Position numbers and translations under genes: made by a program. Below are positions 28,121 through 37,655 of a stretch of 64,000 bases of DNA, one piece after another. The stretch spans positions 4,695-68,694 of the forward strand of contig JBEKKV010000005.1 of assembly GCA_050010555.1 (NCBI GenBank), written 5' to 3'. Below the pieces are notes generated by a model. The model saw nothing but the letters and a program-made list of their open reading frames with translations. It was not told the DNA's origin and did no database searches. Each line of letters begins with the position of its first letter. The stretch's first letter is position 1. Source of the stretch: Dehalococcoidia bacterium. Lineage in GTDB: Bacteria; Chloroflexota; Dehalococcoidia; DSTF01; JALHUB01.

Positions 28121-28314
28121 TGACAAGACGAAAGGCCGAAAAGAAGGGCTCCCCATGGGCGAAGGAGCTGTACAACGTCTTCGCGCCGACGCGGCACAGC
28201 CTTCGAGATATACCCGAGCAGGACATCAACAACGCGATCGATGAGACGCTTCACGCTGTTCGACGCAAGGGGAAACGAACGAGCGGTTCGCAGGAGTCGA
28301 ACGCTCACAGGTGA
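28120..28314 (+). CDS. Small basic hypothetical protein (64 aa), translationally coupled to the DUF1385 gene
   Basis: ATG overlaps the upstream TGA (TGATG). MTRRKAEKKGSPWAKELYNVFAPTRHS... No known domain. Confidence 0.3.
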   Translation: MTRRKAEKKGSPWAKELYNVFAPTRHSLRDIPEQDINNAIDETLHAVRRKGKRTSGSQESNAHR

Positions 28315-28356
28315 GCCGTGGAAGGTTCAAACCCTCCGCTACATTCGCCGCTTTGC

Positions 28357-28692
28357 TTACAGTGTCTGGTCCCCCATCAGCCGGCCGTCGAACTCACGGT
28401 GGAAGCAGGTGCGCTCGCCGGTGTGGCAGGCCGGCCCGAGCGGCTGGGCGCGGATCAGCAGCGTATCGTCGTCGCAGTCGATCATGATGCGCCGGACGTT
28501 CAGGTAGTTGCCGGACGTGGCGCCTTTGTGCCACAGCTCCTGACGGCTGCGGCTGTAGAACCAGACCTGCCGCGATTCCAGCGTACGCTCCAGCGCCTCT
28601 TTGGTCATGTAGGCAAGCATCAGCACCTCGTTCGTCTCGTCGTCCTGCACGATGACGGGAACGAGCCCCTGGCCTTTGTCGAAATCAACCAT
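28357..28692 (-). CDS. hisI: Phosphoribosyl-AMP cyclohydrolase
   Basis: 111 aa. MVDFDKGQGLVPVIVQDDETNEVLMLAYMTKEALERTLESRQVWFYSRSRQELWHKGATSGN...IDCDDDTLLIRAQP contains the HisI metal-binding C/D motifs. AGGAGG RBS. The track's upstream extension is spurious. Confidence 0.8.
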   Translation of the reverse strand: MVDFDKGQGLVPVIVQDDETNEVLMLAYMTKEALERTLESRQVWFYSRSRQELWHKGATSGNYLNVRRIMIDCDDDTLLIRAQPLGPACHTGERTCFHREFDGRLMGDQTL

Positions 28693-28706
28693 CGAAAGCC
28701 TCCTGG

Positions 28707-29465
28707 CTAAAGGCGAACGGGGATATCGCGCTCCTTGAGGTATTCCTTCGTCTCGCGGATGCTGTACGTCTCGAAGTGGAAGATGCTGGCGGCCAGCACC
28801 GCGTCCGCCCTGGCGTCCTTGATGGCGTCGACCATGTGCTGCGGGTTGCCGCAGCCGCCCGACGCGATGACCGGCACCGTCACCGCTTCGGAGACGGCGC
28901 GCGTCAGCGGCAGGTCGTAGCCGTCGAGGTGGCCGTCGGTGTCCATGCTCGTCAGCAGGATCTCGCCGGCGCCCAACTCGACGACCTTCCGCGCCCATTC
29001 GAGAGCGTCGACGCCCGTCGGCATGCGACCGCCGTGCGTGTACACCTCCCAGCGCCCGTCGCCGATCCCCTTCGCGTCGATAGCGACGACGATGTTCTGG
29101 TTGCCGAAGCGCGTAGCGCAGCGCTCGATTACGCGCGGCTCCGCCACCGCGGCCGTGTTCAGCGACACCTTGTCGGCGCCGTACTCCAGCAGCCGCCGCA
29201 CGTCTTCCTCGCTGCGGACGCCGCCGCCGACGGTGAACGGGATGAACACCTGGTCGGCGGTGCGGCGCACCATGTCGTACACCGTCTCGCGCGCGTCCGA
29301 GGACGCTGTTATGTCAAGGAACACGAGCTCGTCGGCGCGCTGCTCGCTGTAGAACGCGGCAAGCTCCACGGGGTCGCCGGCGTCGCGCAATTGAACGAAC
29401 GAGACGCCCTTGACGACGCGGCCGCGGTCGACGTCGAGGCAGGGGATAACGCGGGTTGCAAGCAT
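28707..29465 (-). CDS. hisF: Imidazole glycerol phosphate synthase cyclase subunit
   Basis: [21 protein letters not shown] is the HisF N-terminus. C-terminal SGGCG block. Confidence 0.85.
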   Translation of the reverse strand: MLATRVIPCLDVDRGRVVKGVSFVQLRDAGDPVELAAFYSEQRADELVFLDITASSDARETVYDMVRRTADQVFIPFTVGGGVRSEEDVRRLLEYGADKVSLNTAAVAEPRVIERCATRFGNQNIVVAIDAKGIGDGRWEVYTHGGRMPTGVDALEWARKVVELGAGEILLTSMDTDGHLDGYDLPLTRAVSEAVTVPVIASGGCGNPQHMVDAIKDARADAVLAASIFHFETYSIRETKEYLKERDIPVRL

Positions 29466-29657
29466 TGTGATACCTCTCAGAATCGATGCCATTGTATCAG
29501 CTTGCAGGGGTGTTGAGCACGGGCGAAAGGAGCGCGGTGGCGAAGTGCTCCATCTCCAGCCGCTCGCCGTCGGAGTCGACCTCCATGAAGCGGACGCTGC
29601 ACCGCTCTGTGTGCATCCCTAGGGCCACGCTGCAATCTGATGCGGGCCGAAGAGGGC

Positions 29658-30368
29658 TTATGATTTGGCGACGGCGGCGAGAGCGTCCGGAAGGGAGAGG
29701 GCGCCGTCGTACAGGGCGCGGCCGAGGATGGCGCCTTCGACGCCCGTGCGCGCCACTCGACGCAGGTGGGCCAGCGAAGCGATTCCGCCCGATGCTATTA
29801 TCCGCGCCGGCACCAATTTCACGGCTCGGGCGGTAGCAGCGACGTTCGGTCCACGGAGCGTACCGTCGCGGGCGATGTCGGTGTAAACGAAGCGGCGGAC
29901 TCCCATCGCGGCCAGTCGCAGCATCAGCTCCTCCGCCTTCTCACCGCTCTGCTCTCGCCAGCCGTGCACGGCAACCCGCCCGCCACGCGCGTCGACGCCC
30001 ACGACAATCGCCTCGCCGAAGCGGGCCAGAGCGCCTGCCAGCATCGACGGCGCTTCGACGGCGACGCTGCCCAGGATTACGCGTTGCACGCCTGCCTCCA
30101 GGTAGCGCGCGATGGTGTTCGTGCTGCGAATGCCGCCGCCGACCTGACAGGGCACGCTGACGGCGCGGGCGATAGCGATAACGACGCCGTTGTTCACCGG
30201 CCGTCCTTCGCGGGCGCCGTCCAGGTCGACGAGGTGGAGACGCCGCGCGCCATCCGCCTGCCAGCGTCGCGCCATGGCGACGGGGTCATCGGAGAAGACG
30301 GTCTCGCGGTTGTAGTCGCCCTGGTAGAGGCGGACGCAGTGGCCGTCGCGGATGTCGATTGCCGGAAT
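29658..30368 (-). CDS. hisA: ProFAR isomerase HisA, apparently initiating at ATT
   Basis: The conserved N-terminus (I)PAIDIRDGHCVRLYQGDYNRETVF, including the catalytic Asp, lies upstream of the first Met. The in-frame run back to the TGA at 30393-95 (RNEAPTELIPAID...) has no ATG, GTG or TTG. ATT at 30368-66 is the only plausible initiator. Confidence 0.75.
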   Translation of the reverse strand: MPAIDIRDGHCVRLYQGDYNRETVFSDDPVAMARRWQADGARRLHLVDLDGAREGRPVNNGVVIAIARAVSVPCQVGGGIRSTNTIARYLEAGVQRVILGSVAVEAPSMLAGALARFGEAIVVGVDARGGRVAVHGWREQSGEKAEELMLRLAAMGVRRFVYTDIARDGTLRGPNVAATARAVKLVPARIIASGGIASLAHLRRVARTGVEGAILGRALYDGALSLPDALAAVAKS

Positions 30369-30384
30369 TAGTTCCGTCGGAGCC

Positions 30385-30948
30385 TCATTCCTTCACGCGT
30401 TTCGTGATATCTTCCCTGGCTACGAAACCGAAGCTATGGGAGTCCGTCGCGCCGCAGCGGTTATCGCCCAGGATAAAATAGTTGTCATCGGGGACGCGTG
30501 TAGGCCCATAAGCGTAGTTAGCCGGATTCGCCACGTATGGTTCTTCGACGACCTCTCCGTCAACGTACACTGGACCATTGCGTACCTCGACGGTCTCCCC
30601 CGGCAGCGCGATTATACGACCGACATACTCGTGTCCAGAGTCTCCCGGCGGATGGTAAAGGACGATGTCTTGACGCTGGGGTTCGGCATCCCCAAAACCC
30701 GAAACGTGAATGGTTTGACCATCAGCGATCGTAGGTTCCATTCCTGTTCCGTGTAGTTTGCGCTCTTGCGCCTTCTCATGGCGGACGTACATGCTGACGG
30801 CCGAGAAGATAACGAGGACGACTACGGACGCAACCGTGTGCCATCGAATGCGACGGCTTCTTCTTCGCGGGGGCTGCCCTGACGGGTCCATAGGATCGGC
30901 TTCATAGGGCGATTGAGGCAGAGGGTGGCTTCCGTAGGGATCCTGCAT
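30385..30948 (-). CDS. lepB: Signal peptidase I
   Basis: One TM helix, then catalytic Ser/Lys boxes and the C-terminal FILGDNRCGATDSHSFGFV (GDNR...S.DSR.FG box E). Start at Met MQDPYG, 8 nt after the hisH stop. Confidence 0.7.
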   Translation of the reverse strand: MQDPYGSHPLPQSPYEADPMDPSGQPPRRRSRRIRWHTVASVVVLVIFSAVSMYVRHEKAQERKLHGTGMEPTIADGQTIHVSGFGDAEPQRQDIVLYHPPGDSGHEYVGRIIALPGETVEVRNGPVYVDGEVVEEPYVANPANYAYGPTRVPDDNYFILGDNRCGATDSHSFGFVAREDITKRVKE

Positions 30949-30955
30949 CTGCGCC

Positions 30956-31570
30956 TCAGACACCGGATGCCCAGCGGAGGAAGTTGTCGTAGAAGACGAG
31001 TCCCACGTCGCCGCTCTTCTCCGGGTGGAACTGTGTCGCGATGACGTTGTCGCGGGCCAGGGCGCTGGCGAAGCTGACGCCGTAGTCGGTCTCTCCCAGC
31101 ACCGTCTCACCATCGTCGGGCGACGGATAGTAGCTGTGGACGAAGTAGAAGTAGGCGCTTTCGGGTATGCCCTCGAATACGGCGTGCTGCCGCCGCCGCC
31201 GGACCTGGTTCCAGCCCATGTGCGGCACCTTGAGCCCGCCCGGCAGCCGCACGACGCGCCCCGGAACGATGTCGAGGCAGGGGTGCTCGCCGCCCTCTTC
31301 GCTCACCGTCAGCAGCGCCTGGAAGCCCATGCAGATGCCCAGATACGGCCGGCCGCGGGCAACGAAAGCGCGAATCGGCTCGACGAGGTCGCGCTCACGC
31401 AAATTGCGCATCGTATCGGCAGCCGCGCCGACGCCCGGGACGATTATGACGTCCGCCGCCTCGACTGCCGCCGGGGCGCCGCTGATCACGGCCTCGCCGC
31501 CGCTGTGCGCGACGGCCCGCTCCACGCTGCGCAGGTTGCCGGCACCGTAATCGACAATGACCACTCGCAT
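30956..31570 (-). CDS. hisH: Imidazole glycerol phosphate synthase glutaminase subunit
   Basis: MRVVIVDYGAGNLRSVERA..., catalytic Cys in GICMGFQAL, and HSYY near the C-terminus. GGGAGGA RBS. Confidence 0.85.
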   Translation of the reverse strand: MRVVIVDYGAGNLRSVERAVAHSGGEAVISGAPAAVEAADVIIVPGVGAAADTMRNLRERDLVEPIRAFVARGRPYLGICMGFQALLTVSEEGGEHPCLDIVPGRVVRLPGGLKVPHMGWNQVRRRRQHAVFEGIPESAYFYFVHSYYPSPDDGETVLGETDYGVSFASALARDNVIATQFHPEKSGDVGLVFYDNFLRWASGV

Positions 31571-31695
31571 GCTGTCCTCCCTGTCCGATTCTAGCACAGC
31601 TTCCTGTAACGGACTCCGACGGCTGGCGGCCCAGAGCTTCAGCCGTTTATAATGCGGTATCCGCTGTGCCCTCGGAACCGACCTGACAAAGCAGG

Positions 31696-32172
31696 ATGAC
31701 GAGTGTACTGGTCTTGTTGCTGCCGTTCGTCTTCCTCGTCCTTATGGTGGGGTTGAGCGTTACTGAGGTACTGACGCGCATGGTGAGGCAAGAGGGTATC
31801 ATACTGTCCGGGGAAAAAGGTCTCATCATAGCGATGCTTCGCGGTTGCGCCGGCATACTACTCGGGTTAGTCCTCCTGTGGAACTACTTAGTCAATTCCG
31901 ACCCAGCCTTTCTGTTATTCGGTACCATCTCGGTAATGGGAGGCATCCTCTGGCTGATCTGGCCCCCCTACGACCTACTCATTGGAAGTGAGAAACGCGC
32001 GGCACAGCAACGGATCATCGTGTTTCTTGCGGCCGTACCATGTTATGTTGCCTTGAGCACGGCCACAAATCGGTCCCTGGGCGACTCGGCCGACGTTTTT
32101 GTGCAACTAACGTTGATCGTACTCGTGATACCATGGGCCGTATGGCGTCTACTAGCGTTCAGAGGAGGCTAG
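31696..32172 (+). CDS. Hypothetical 4-TM membrane protein in a lower-GC segment
   Basis: 158 aa, hydrophobic. Local GC is near 52% against roughly 68% nearby. TATAAT-like element (CCGTTTATAATGCGG) upstream. Confidence 0.35.
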   Translation: MTSVLVLLLPFVFLVLMVGLSVTEVLTRMVRQEGIILSGEKGLIIAMLRGCAGILLGLVLLWNYLVNSDPAFLLFGTISVMGGILWLIWPPYDLLIGSEKRAAQQRIIVFLAAVPCYVALSTATNRSLGDSADVFVQLTLIVLVIPWAVWRLLAFRGG

Positions 32173-32271
32173 CGAGATTCCCTATATGCATTTCCCGCCG
32201 AGGCCAATCGATTTGAGGGGGATCTGGGGGTTGCGCATAGCCGCCTGCCTTGGGGCCGCAATCCTAGACTG

Positions 32272-33657
32272 ATGGCCGACAAAGCCCCGCGCCAATCTCC
32301 TGCTTCGCCGGTCGGCGAGCGCGCGAGCGAACCTGAGACGAGACGGCATCTCGTCCTGCTCGTCGCGATCATCGCCATCGCGGTCGGCCTGCGCCTGGCG
32401 TGGATTGCTTATGTCAACCCGAATCCCCTCGACGGCCGGATGGACGACACGACATTCTACGCCTCGGCCGGGCAATCGCTGGCAGCCGCGAAAGGCTACG
32501 TCAACTTCCTCGGTTTCCCGACGGCGCAGTGGCCGCCCGCCTATCCGTTCCTGCTCGCCGGCATATTCAAACTCTTCGGCAGCACCAACTTTGTCGCCGC
32601 TAAGGTCGTCAACGCCCTCGCCGGCGGCCTGGCCTGCCTGGTGATCTACCTCATCGCGATGCGCGTGTTCGACCGGCGAGTCGGCCTGCTGGCGGCGCTT
32701 CTGTTCGCGCTCTTCCCGGGGCAGATCTTCTTTTCGACGCTGCTGATGACGGAATCGCTGACGCCGGCGCTCGTCGGCCTGATGGCGCTCCTGCTGCTGA
32801 TGTGGGTCGTGGAGCGCCAAGACACGCGCTGGTTCCATCACGTCGCGCTGGGCGTCCTGTTCGGCATCGCCCTGTTAGCCCGCGGCGAGGCGGTGATGCT
32901 GGTGCTCGTGGCGCTGATCATCTGGAAGCTGGCCGTGCCTGCCTGGCGGTTGTTCGCGCGACAGGCCGGCGTGTTCGTGCTGGCGGCGGGCCTCACGGTG
33001 CTCCCCTGGACCGTCCGAAACGAAATCAGCATGCACTCCTTCGTCCCGGTGAGCACGGCGCTCGGACACACGCTGCTCGCGGGCCACCAGCCTAACCCCT
33101 ACGCCATCGGCTCGCTCTTCCCGGAAGCCAAAATCCAGCAACAGTACTCGTATCTGCCGTATCCGCAGCGAGAGATCAAGGTGGAGAGCGTCGCGGAGCA
33201 TCAAGCAATCACGTGGGCGGTCCATCACCCCGTCGAAGAAGCCTGGTACCCGCTCCTGAAGTTCAAGCACATGTTCCAGAACGACACCGACGCCGTTCCG
33301 TGGATCAACTCCTGGGCACCGGCGCCCGACACGCGGCCCAAGCTGCTTTCGACGCAGCAGCAGGACAACCTCTCGGCGCTGGCGAACGTCTACTACGTCG
33401 CAGTGATGCTCTGCGCCGTCGCCGGCGTGCCGCTCTGGTTCTCGCTGAAGGACAAACGCAAACTCCTTCTCGTGCTGTTCGTCGCCGCCTGGGTGGCGAT
33501 ACACCTCGAGCTGTGGCCGTCCGGGCGCTATCACGTGGCGCTGGAGCCGATATTCTGCCTCTGGGCCGGATTGATGCTGGTCACGGCCTACGACTGGCTC
33601 ATCCGGCATCGACAGCGCTTTCTGGCGCAGCCCCGCCGCACGCGACAGGGACCCTAG
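32272..33657 (+). CDS. ArnT/PMT-like GT-C glycosyltransferase (lipid-carrier dependent), paralog 1
   Basis: 461 aa polytopic. First extracytoplasmic loop carries RMDDTTFY (the DD/DE motif of GT39/GT83). GYVNFLGFPTAQWPPAYPFLLAGIFKLFG is shared with the next two genes. Confidence 0.65.
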   Translation: MADKAPRQSPASPVGERASEPETRRHLVLLVAIIAIAVGLRLAWIAYVNPNPLDGRMDDTTFYASAGQSLAAAKGYVNFLGFPTAQWPPAYPFLLAGIFKLFGSTNFVAAKVVNALAGGLACLVIYLIAMRVFDRRVGLLAALLFALFPGQIFFSTLLMTESLTPALVGLMALLLLMWVVERQDTRWFHHVALGVLFGIALLARGEAVMLVLVALIIWKLAVPAWRLFARQAGVFVLAAGLTVLPWTVRNEISMHSFVPVSTALGHTLLAGHQPNPYAIGSLFPEAKIQQQYSYLPYPQREIKVESVAEHQAITWAVHHPVEEAWYPLLKFKHMFQNDTDAVPWINSWAPAPDTRPKLLSTQQQDNLSALANVYYVAVMLCAVAGVPLWFSLKDKRKLLLVLFVAAWVAIHLELWPSGRYHVALEPIFCLWAGLMLVTAYDWLIRHRQRFLAQPRRTRQGP

Positions 33658-35079
33658 GTGCGACGGATGGACGGTTCTTCGCCCGGAACCACTCGCTTCT
33701 GGAAGAGGCTGCCCTTTCGACGGCCTTCGCTATCCGAAGGGGGCTTCCTGCTCGCCGTCTTCCTGCTGGCGCTGGGGCTGCGATTAGGCTGGATCGCCTA
33801 CGCCAACTATGACCCCAACGATGGCCGCTTCGGCGATGACCTCTTCTACGACTTCATGGCGCGCGGCCTGGCAGCGGGCAAGGGCTACTTGAGCGCGTTC
33901 AACGCGCAGAGCGCCCTGTGGCCGCCCGGCTACTCGCTGATCCTCGCGGGGCTATACAAGGCGATAGGGCACAGCATCATCGCGGCGAAGTTGCTGAATG
34001 CTGTCGCTGCCGCTTTCACGGTCCTGCTCGTCTACTTCATCGGCGCGCGCGTGTTTTCGAAGAAGGTCGGTGGGGTCGCCGCCGTCATGCTGGCCGTCTT
34101 CCCGGGCCAGATCTACTACTCGACGCTCATCTTGAACGAATCGCTCTTCGCCTTCTTCTCGACGCTGATCCTGCTATTCACGGTCATCTGGATCTCGAAG
34201 GGAAGGGGCATCTGGCCGCCGGGGCTTCTCCTGCTGGGAGTCCTCTTCGGCTGGGCGGCGCTGATGCGAAGCGAGGCGCTCGTCCTGCTGGTCGCTGCGC
34301 TGGTTGTTTGGACGTTTGCCGCTCCCTCCTGGCGTTCCTGGGTCGGTCAGGGAACGCTCGTCGTCCTCGGCACAGCGATTGCGATAGCTCCCTGGATGGC
34401 GCGAAACGAAATCGCGATGCACGGCTTCATCCCGATTTCCAGCGGCGGTGGCCACACGTTCCTCGCCGGGCACATCGAGGACCCGTACCACACTCCGTAC
34501 GTCTTTCCCGCAGCCGACATCTGGAACCGGTACTCTTACCTGCCATATCCACAACGTGAGCTGACGATGGAACGGGAAGCCTGGCGCGAGGGCTGGGATT
34601 TCGCGAAGTCGCACCCGCGGTACGAAGTGCAGCTCGTAGGCGAGAAGTTCTATCAGATGTACAAGGACGACTCCGAGGCGCTGCTCTGGATCGAAGGCGC
34701 CTGGCCGAACCCGGGCAACCTGTCCTGGCTGCAAGGGAGCTGGGTCGCCGAGCGGCCACCGCCGACGCCTGTGGTGACGATTCCGCCGGCAGCGGAACGG
34801 AACTGGGCGCGCCTGGCGGACCGCTACTACTTCGCGGTACTGGCCTGCGGGCTTGTCGGCGTCCCGCTCTGGTTCTCGGTGAAGGACAAGAAGCGCCTGC
34901 TGCTCATCCTTACGGTCGTGCTATGGACGGCGCTGCATCTGGTGTTCATCCCTAACTCGCGCTACCACGTGTCGCTGGCGCCGGTGTTCTGCCTCTGGGC
35001 GGCTACGTCGCTGGTCTTCGCCTTCGACGTGGTGAAGCGGGGACTCTCGAAGGCGCCGAAGGAGAGCCCGACGCCGTGA
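33658..35079 (+). CDS. ArnT/PMT-like GT-C glycosyltransferase, paralog 2
   Basis: 473 aa. RFGDDLFYDF...GYLSAFNAQSALWPPGYSLILAGLYKAIG. GTG start immediately after the upstream TAG. Confidence 0.65.
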   Translation: MRRMDGSSPGTTRFWKRLPFRRPSLSEGGFLLAVFLLALGLRLGWIAYANYDPNDGRFGDDLFYDFMARGLAAGKGYLSAFNAQSALWPPGYSLILAGLYKAIGHSIIAAKLLNAVAAAFTVLLVYFIGARVFSKKVGGVAAVMLAVFPGQIYYSTLILNESLFAFFSTLILLFTVIWISKGRGIWPPGLLLLGVLFGWAALMRSEALVLLVAALVVWTFAAPSWRSWVGQGTLVVLGTAIAIAPWMARNEIAMHGFIPISSGGGHTFLAGHIEDPYHTPYVFPAADIWNRYSYLPYPQRELTMEREAWREGWDFAKSHPRYEVQLVGEKFYQMYKDDSEALLWIEGAWPNPGNLSWLQGSWVAERPPPTPVVTIPPAAERNWARLADRYYFAVLACGLVGVPLWFSVKDKKRLLLILTVVLWTALHLVFIPNSRYHVSLAPVFCLWAATSLVFAFDVVKRGLSKAPKESPTP

Positions 35080-36416
35080 AGCGCTCTCCCCTGCGACTGC
35101 TCTTCACCCGCGAGACAGCGCTGCTCTGCCTGGCGCTCGCCATCGCCTTCGCGCTGCGCCTGGGCTGGATGCTTGCGGTGGACCCGCAGCCGTCGGAGTT
35201 CCGCGTCGGCGACCCGTACTTCTACGACCTCTTTGGCCGTTCGCTGGCCGCCGGCAAGGGCTATCTGAACATGTGGGGCGCCCCGACGGCGCAGTGGCCG
35301 CCCGGCTATCCGCTGGTGCTGGCGGCGATCTACAAGCTTTTCGGGCACAGCATTGCGCTGGCGAAGCTGCTGAACGTTGCGCTGGGCACAGCCACCTGCC
35401 TCCTGGCGTACCTCATCGGCAAGCGCGTGTTCAGCGGCGCCGTGGGGCTGACAGCGGCCTTTGCGCTGGCCGTCTTTCCCAGCCAGGTCTTCTGGCCGAC
35501 GCTCCTCCTTAGCGAAACGCTGGCGACGTTCCTGGTCGCCTTGATCGCCTACATCGTCCTTTCGACGCTTGGCTCGCGCTCCTGGAAGAAGGCCGTTGTT
35601 ATCGGAGCGCTGATCGGCTTCACGTCGCTGGTGCGCGGCGAGACCGTCCTGCTGGCGGTGCCGCTCGCCGTCGTCTGGGCGCTGGCGCATCGCTCCTGGG
35701 GCGCGGGCCTCCGCTACGGCGGGCTGACGCTCGTCGCCACGGGCCTCGTCATCCTGCCGTGGGTGGTACGGAACTGGGTCGTTATGGACTATCCGATCCT
35801 GATCTCGACGGGCTCGGCGGAGAACCTCATCGGCGGGCACTGGCCGGGCGCCGACGGCCTCGGCAGCTTCGTCCCGATCATCCAGGTCACCGACATGTAC
35901 AAGAACCTTCCCTCCGACCAGGCGGAGACAGCCAGCTACAAGGAGGAGACCCGTAGGGCCATCGACTTCATGGTGCACAACCCGGGCAAGGAGATACCGC
36001 TGGTCGAGAAGAAGCTGCGCGCGTTCTACAGCACCGACGACCGGCCGATCCTCTGGACGCAGAAGGGCACGATCAACGACCCCGTCTTCAGCGACAGCAC
36101 GGCGAACCGGCTGAACGCGCTGGCGAACACATATTATCGCGTCGTCTTCGTGCTGGCGGCGCTGGGCCTGCCGCTCTGGTTCTCGCTGCGCAACCCGCGC
36201 AAGCTGCTGCTGGTGCTGCTGCTGCTCTACTACTCGTTCTTCTTCGGCTTCGTCTTCGTCGGCGAGCCGCGACTGCACTCGGCGCTGATACCGATCTTCT
36301 CGATCCTCGCCGCCGTGTCGCTCATCGGCGTGCCGCGCGCACTCTACCGGTTCGGACGCCAGTCGCGGACGCGGGCAAGGGCTGGCACGTCGCGCCGTCG
36401 CGGAGTAACCTCTTAG
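35076..36416 (+). CDS. ArnT/PMT-like GT-C glycosyltransferase, paralog 3
   Basis: 446 aa. RVGDPYFYDL...GYLNMWGAPTAQWPPGYPLVLAAIYKLFG. GTGA overlap with paralog 2. Confidence 0.65.
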   Translation: MKRSPLRLLFTRETALLCLALAIAFALRLGWMLAVDPQPSEFRVGDPYFYDLFGRSLAAGKGYLNMWGAPTAQWPPGYPLVLAAIYKLFGHSIALAKLLNVALGTATCLLAYLIGKRVFSGAVGLTAAFALAVFPSQVFWPTLLLSETLATFLVALIAYIVLSTLGSRSWKKAVVIGALIGFTSLVRGETVLLAVPLAVVWALAHRSWGAGLRYGGLTLVATGLVILPWVVRNWVVMDYPILISTGSAENLIGGHWPGADGLGSFVPIIQVTDMYKNLPSDQAETASYKEETRRAIDFMVHNPGKEIPLVEKKLRAFYSTDDRPILWTQKGTINDPVFSDSTANRLNALANTYYRVVFVLAALGLPLWFSLRNPRKLLLVLLLLYYSFFFGFVFVGEPRLHSALIPIFSILAAVSLIGVPRALYRFGRQSRTRARAGTSRRRGVTS

Positions 36417-36441
36417 GAAACACTAAGACCCCGGAGACGAC

Positions 36442-37182
36442 GTGGAAGCGGAGCGCAGCAGAGCCCTGGTCATCGTTCCCGCCTACAACGAGGAGGCGAC
36501 GCTGCGTCTCGTTCTCCAGGAGATTCGACAAGTGGCGCCGCAGTTCGATGTCGTCGTCGTCAACGATGGCTCGAGCGACAGCACGCCGGCCGTCGCCCGC
36601 TCGCTCGGCCTGCCGGTGCTAGACCTCTGCTTCAATTTGGGCATCGGCGGCGCCGTCCAGACCGGCTTCAAGTACGCGCTGGACAAGGGCTACGAGACGG
36701 CCGTGCAGGTGGACGGCGACGGCCAGTTCCCACCGGAGCGAATCGCCTCGCTGGTAGCGCTGGTGCTGGACGAGGGCTTCGACATGGTGATCGGCTCGCG
36801 CTACCTGGAGGAGCCGGGCTATGACGGAAGCCCGCTGCGACGCCTGGGCAACTTCATCCTGTCGACCATCGCCAGCCTCTTCAGCCGGCAGAAGATAACG
36901 GACGCGACCTCCGGCTTTCGCGCCTACAGCCGCCGCGCGCTGCGCTACCTTGCCGACTACTATCCGCCCGACTACCCGGAGCCGGAATCGATTGTCTTCC
37001 TTGCGCGGCAGGGCCTGAAGATTCGCGAGGTACCGGTGGCGATGAGGGCGCGCCAGGGCGGCGTGTCGTCTATCGGCGGGCTGAGGCCGCTGTCCTACAT
37101 GGGCAAGGTCAGCCTTGCCCTGACGCTGAACGCCCTCAAGGAAAAGCCGTTTCCCACTTCCGAAAGGAGACGAGAGCAATGA
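36442..37182 (+). CDS. GT2 polyprenol-phosphate glycosyltransferase (Dpm1/ArnC/GtrB-like)
   Basis: ALVIVPAYNEEATL...VVVNDGSSDST...VQVDGDGQ (DxD). 246 aa. GTG start with a GGAG RBS. Confidence 0.75.
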   Translation: MEAERSRALVIVPAYNEEATLRLVLQEIRQVAPQFDVVVVNDGSSDSTPAVARSLGLPVLDLCFNLGIGGAVQTGFKYALDKGYETAVQVDGDGQFPPERIASLVALVLDEGFDMVIGSRYLEEPGYDGSPLRRLGNFILSTIASLFSRQKITDATSGFRAYSRRALRYLADYYPPDYPEPESIVFLARQGLKIREVPVAMRARQGGVSSIGGLRPLSYMGKVSLALTLNALKEKPFPTSERRREQ

Positions 37183-37595
37183 TCCTGCTTTCATTGTCGC
37201 CCAGGCCGATCAGCGTGTTTGTAATCCTCGTCTCCGTGGCGATTGCCGCCCTTGTGCTCACCTACGTGCGCAAGTGGCGCCTGCGCGAGGAGTACTCGCT
37301 GCTCTGGCTGTTGCTTTCCGCCGCGATGCTGCTGCTGGCGTCGTTCGAAGGGATCATGGAGTGGACGGCGGCGCGCCTGGGCGTACTCTATCCACCGTCG
37401 GTCATGTTCTTCGTCGCAATCGCCTTCGTCGTCGCCATGCTGTTCCACTACTCGCTGGAGATATCGCGTCTATCGGACCAGAGCCGTCGCCTGGCGCAGG
37501 AGCTGAGCCTGCTGCGCTCGCGGCTGGAGACGGAGGGCCGTCTGCCAACACCCCGTCAGTCCGGTGAGCGGCCGGTCGCGGAGGGCGAAGCGTAG
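37179..37595 (+). CDS. DUF2304-like small membrane protein, partner of the GT2
   Basis: 138 aa, 3-4 TM. ATGA overlap with the GT2 gene. This size and position match the small membrane proteins that follow Dpm1-like genes. Confidence 0.45.
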   Translation: MILLSLSPRPISVFVILVSVAIAALVLTYVRKWRLREEYSLLWLLLSAAMLLLASFEGIMEWTAARLGVLYPPSVMFFVAIAFVVAMLFHYSLEISRLSDQSRRLAQELSLLRSRLETEGRLPTPRQSGERPVAEGEA

Positions 37596-37655
37596 GCGCG
37601 ACAGCCGCAACGTTCCCTGCTATAATCCGCGTAGCCGACACCTTCTAGACTCGAC

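Noticed and set aside
29466-29657. 18-codon minus-strand ORF ([18 protein letters not shown]) in the hisA-hisF gap as a possible leader peptide
   Set aside because: No His codon run and no convincing SD. More likely a coincidental ORF in an internal promoter or spacer region.
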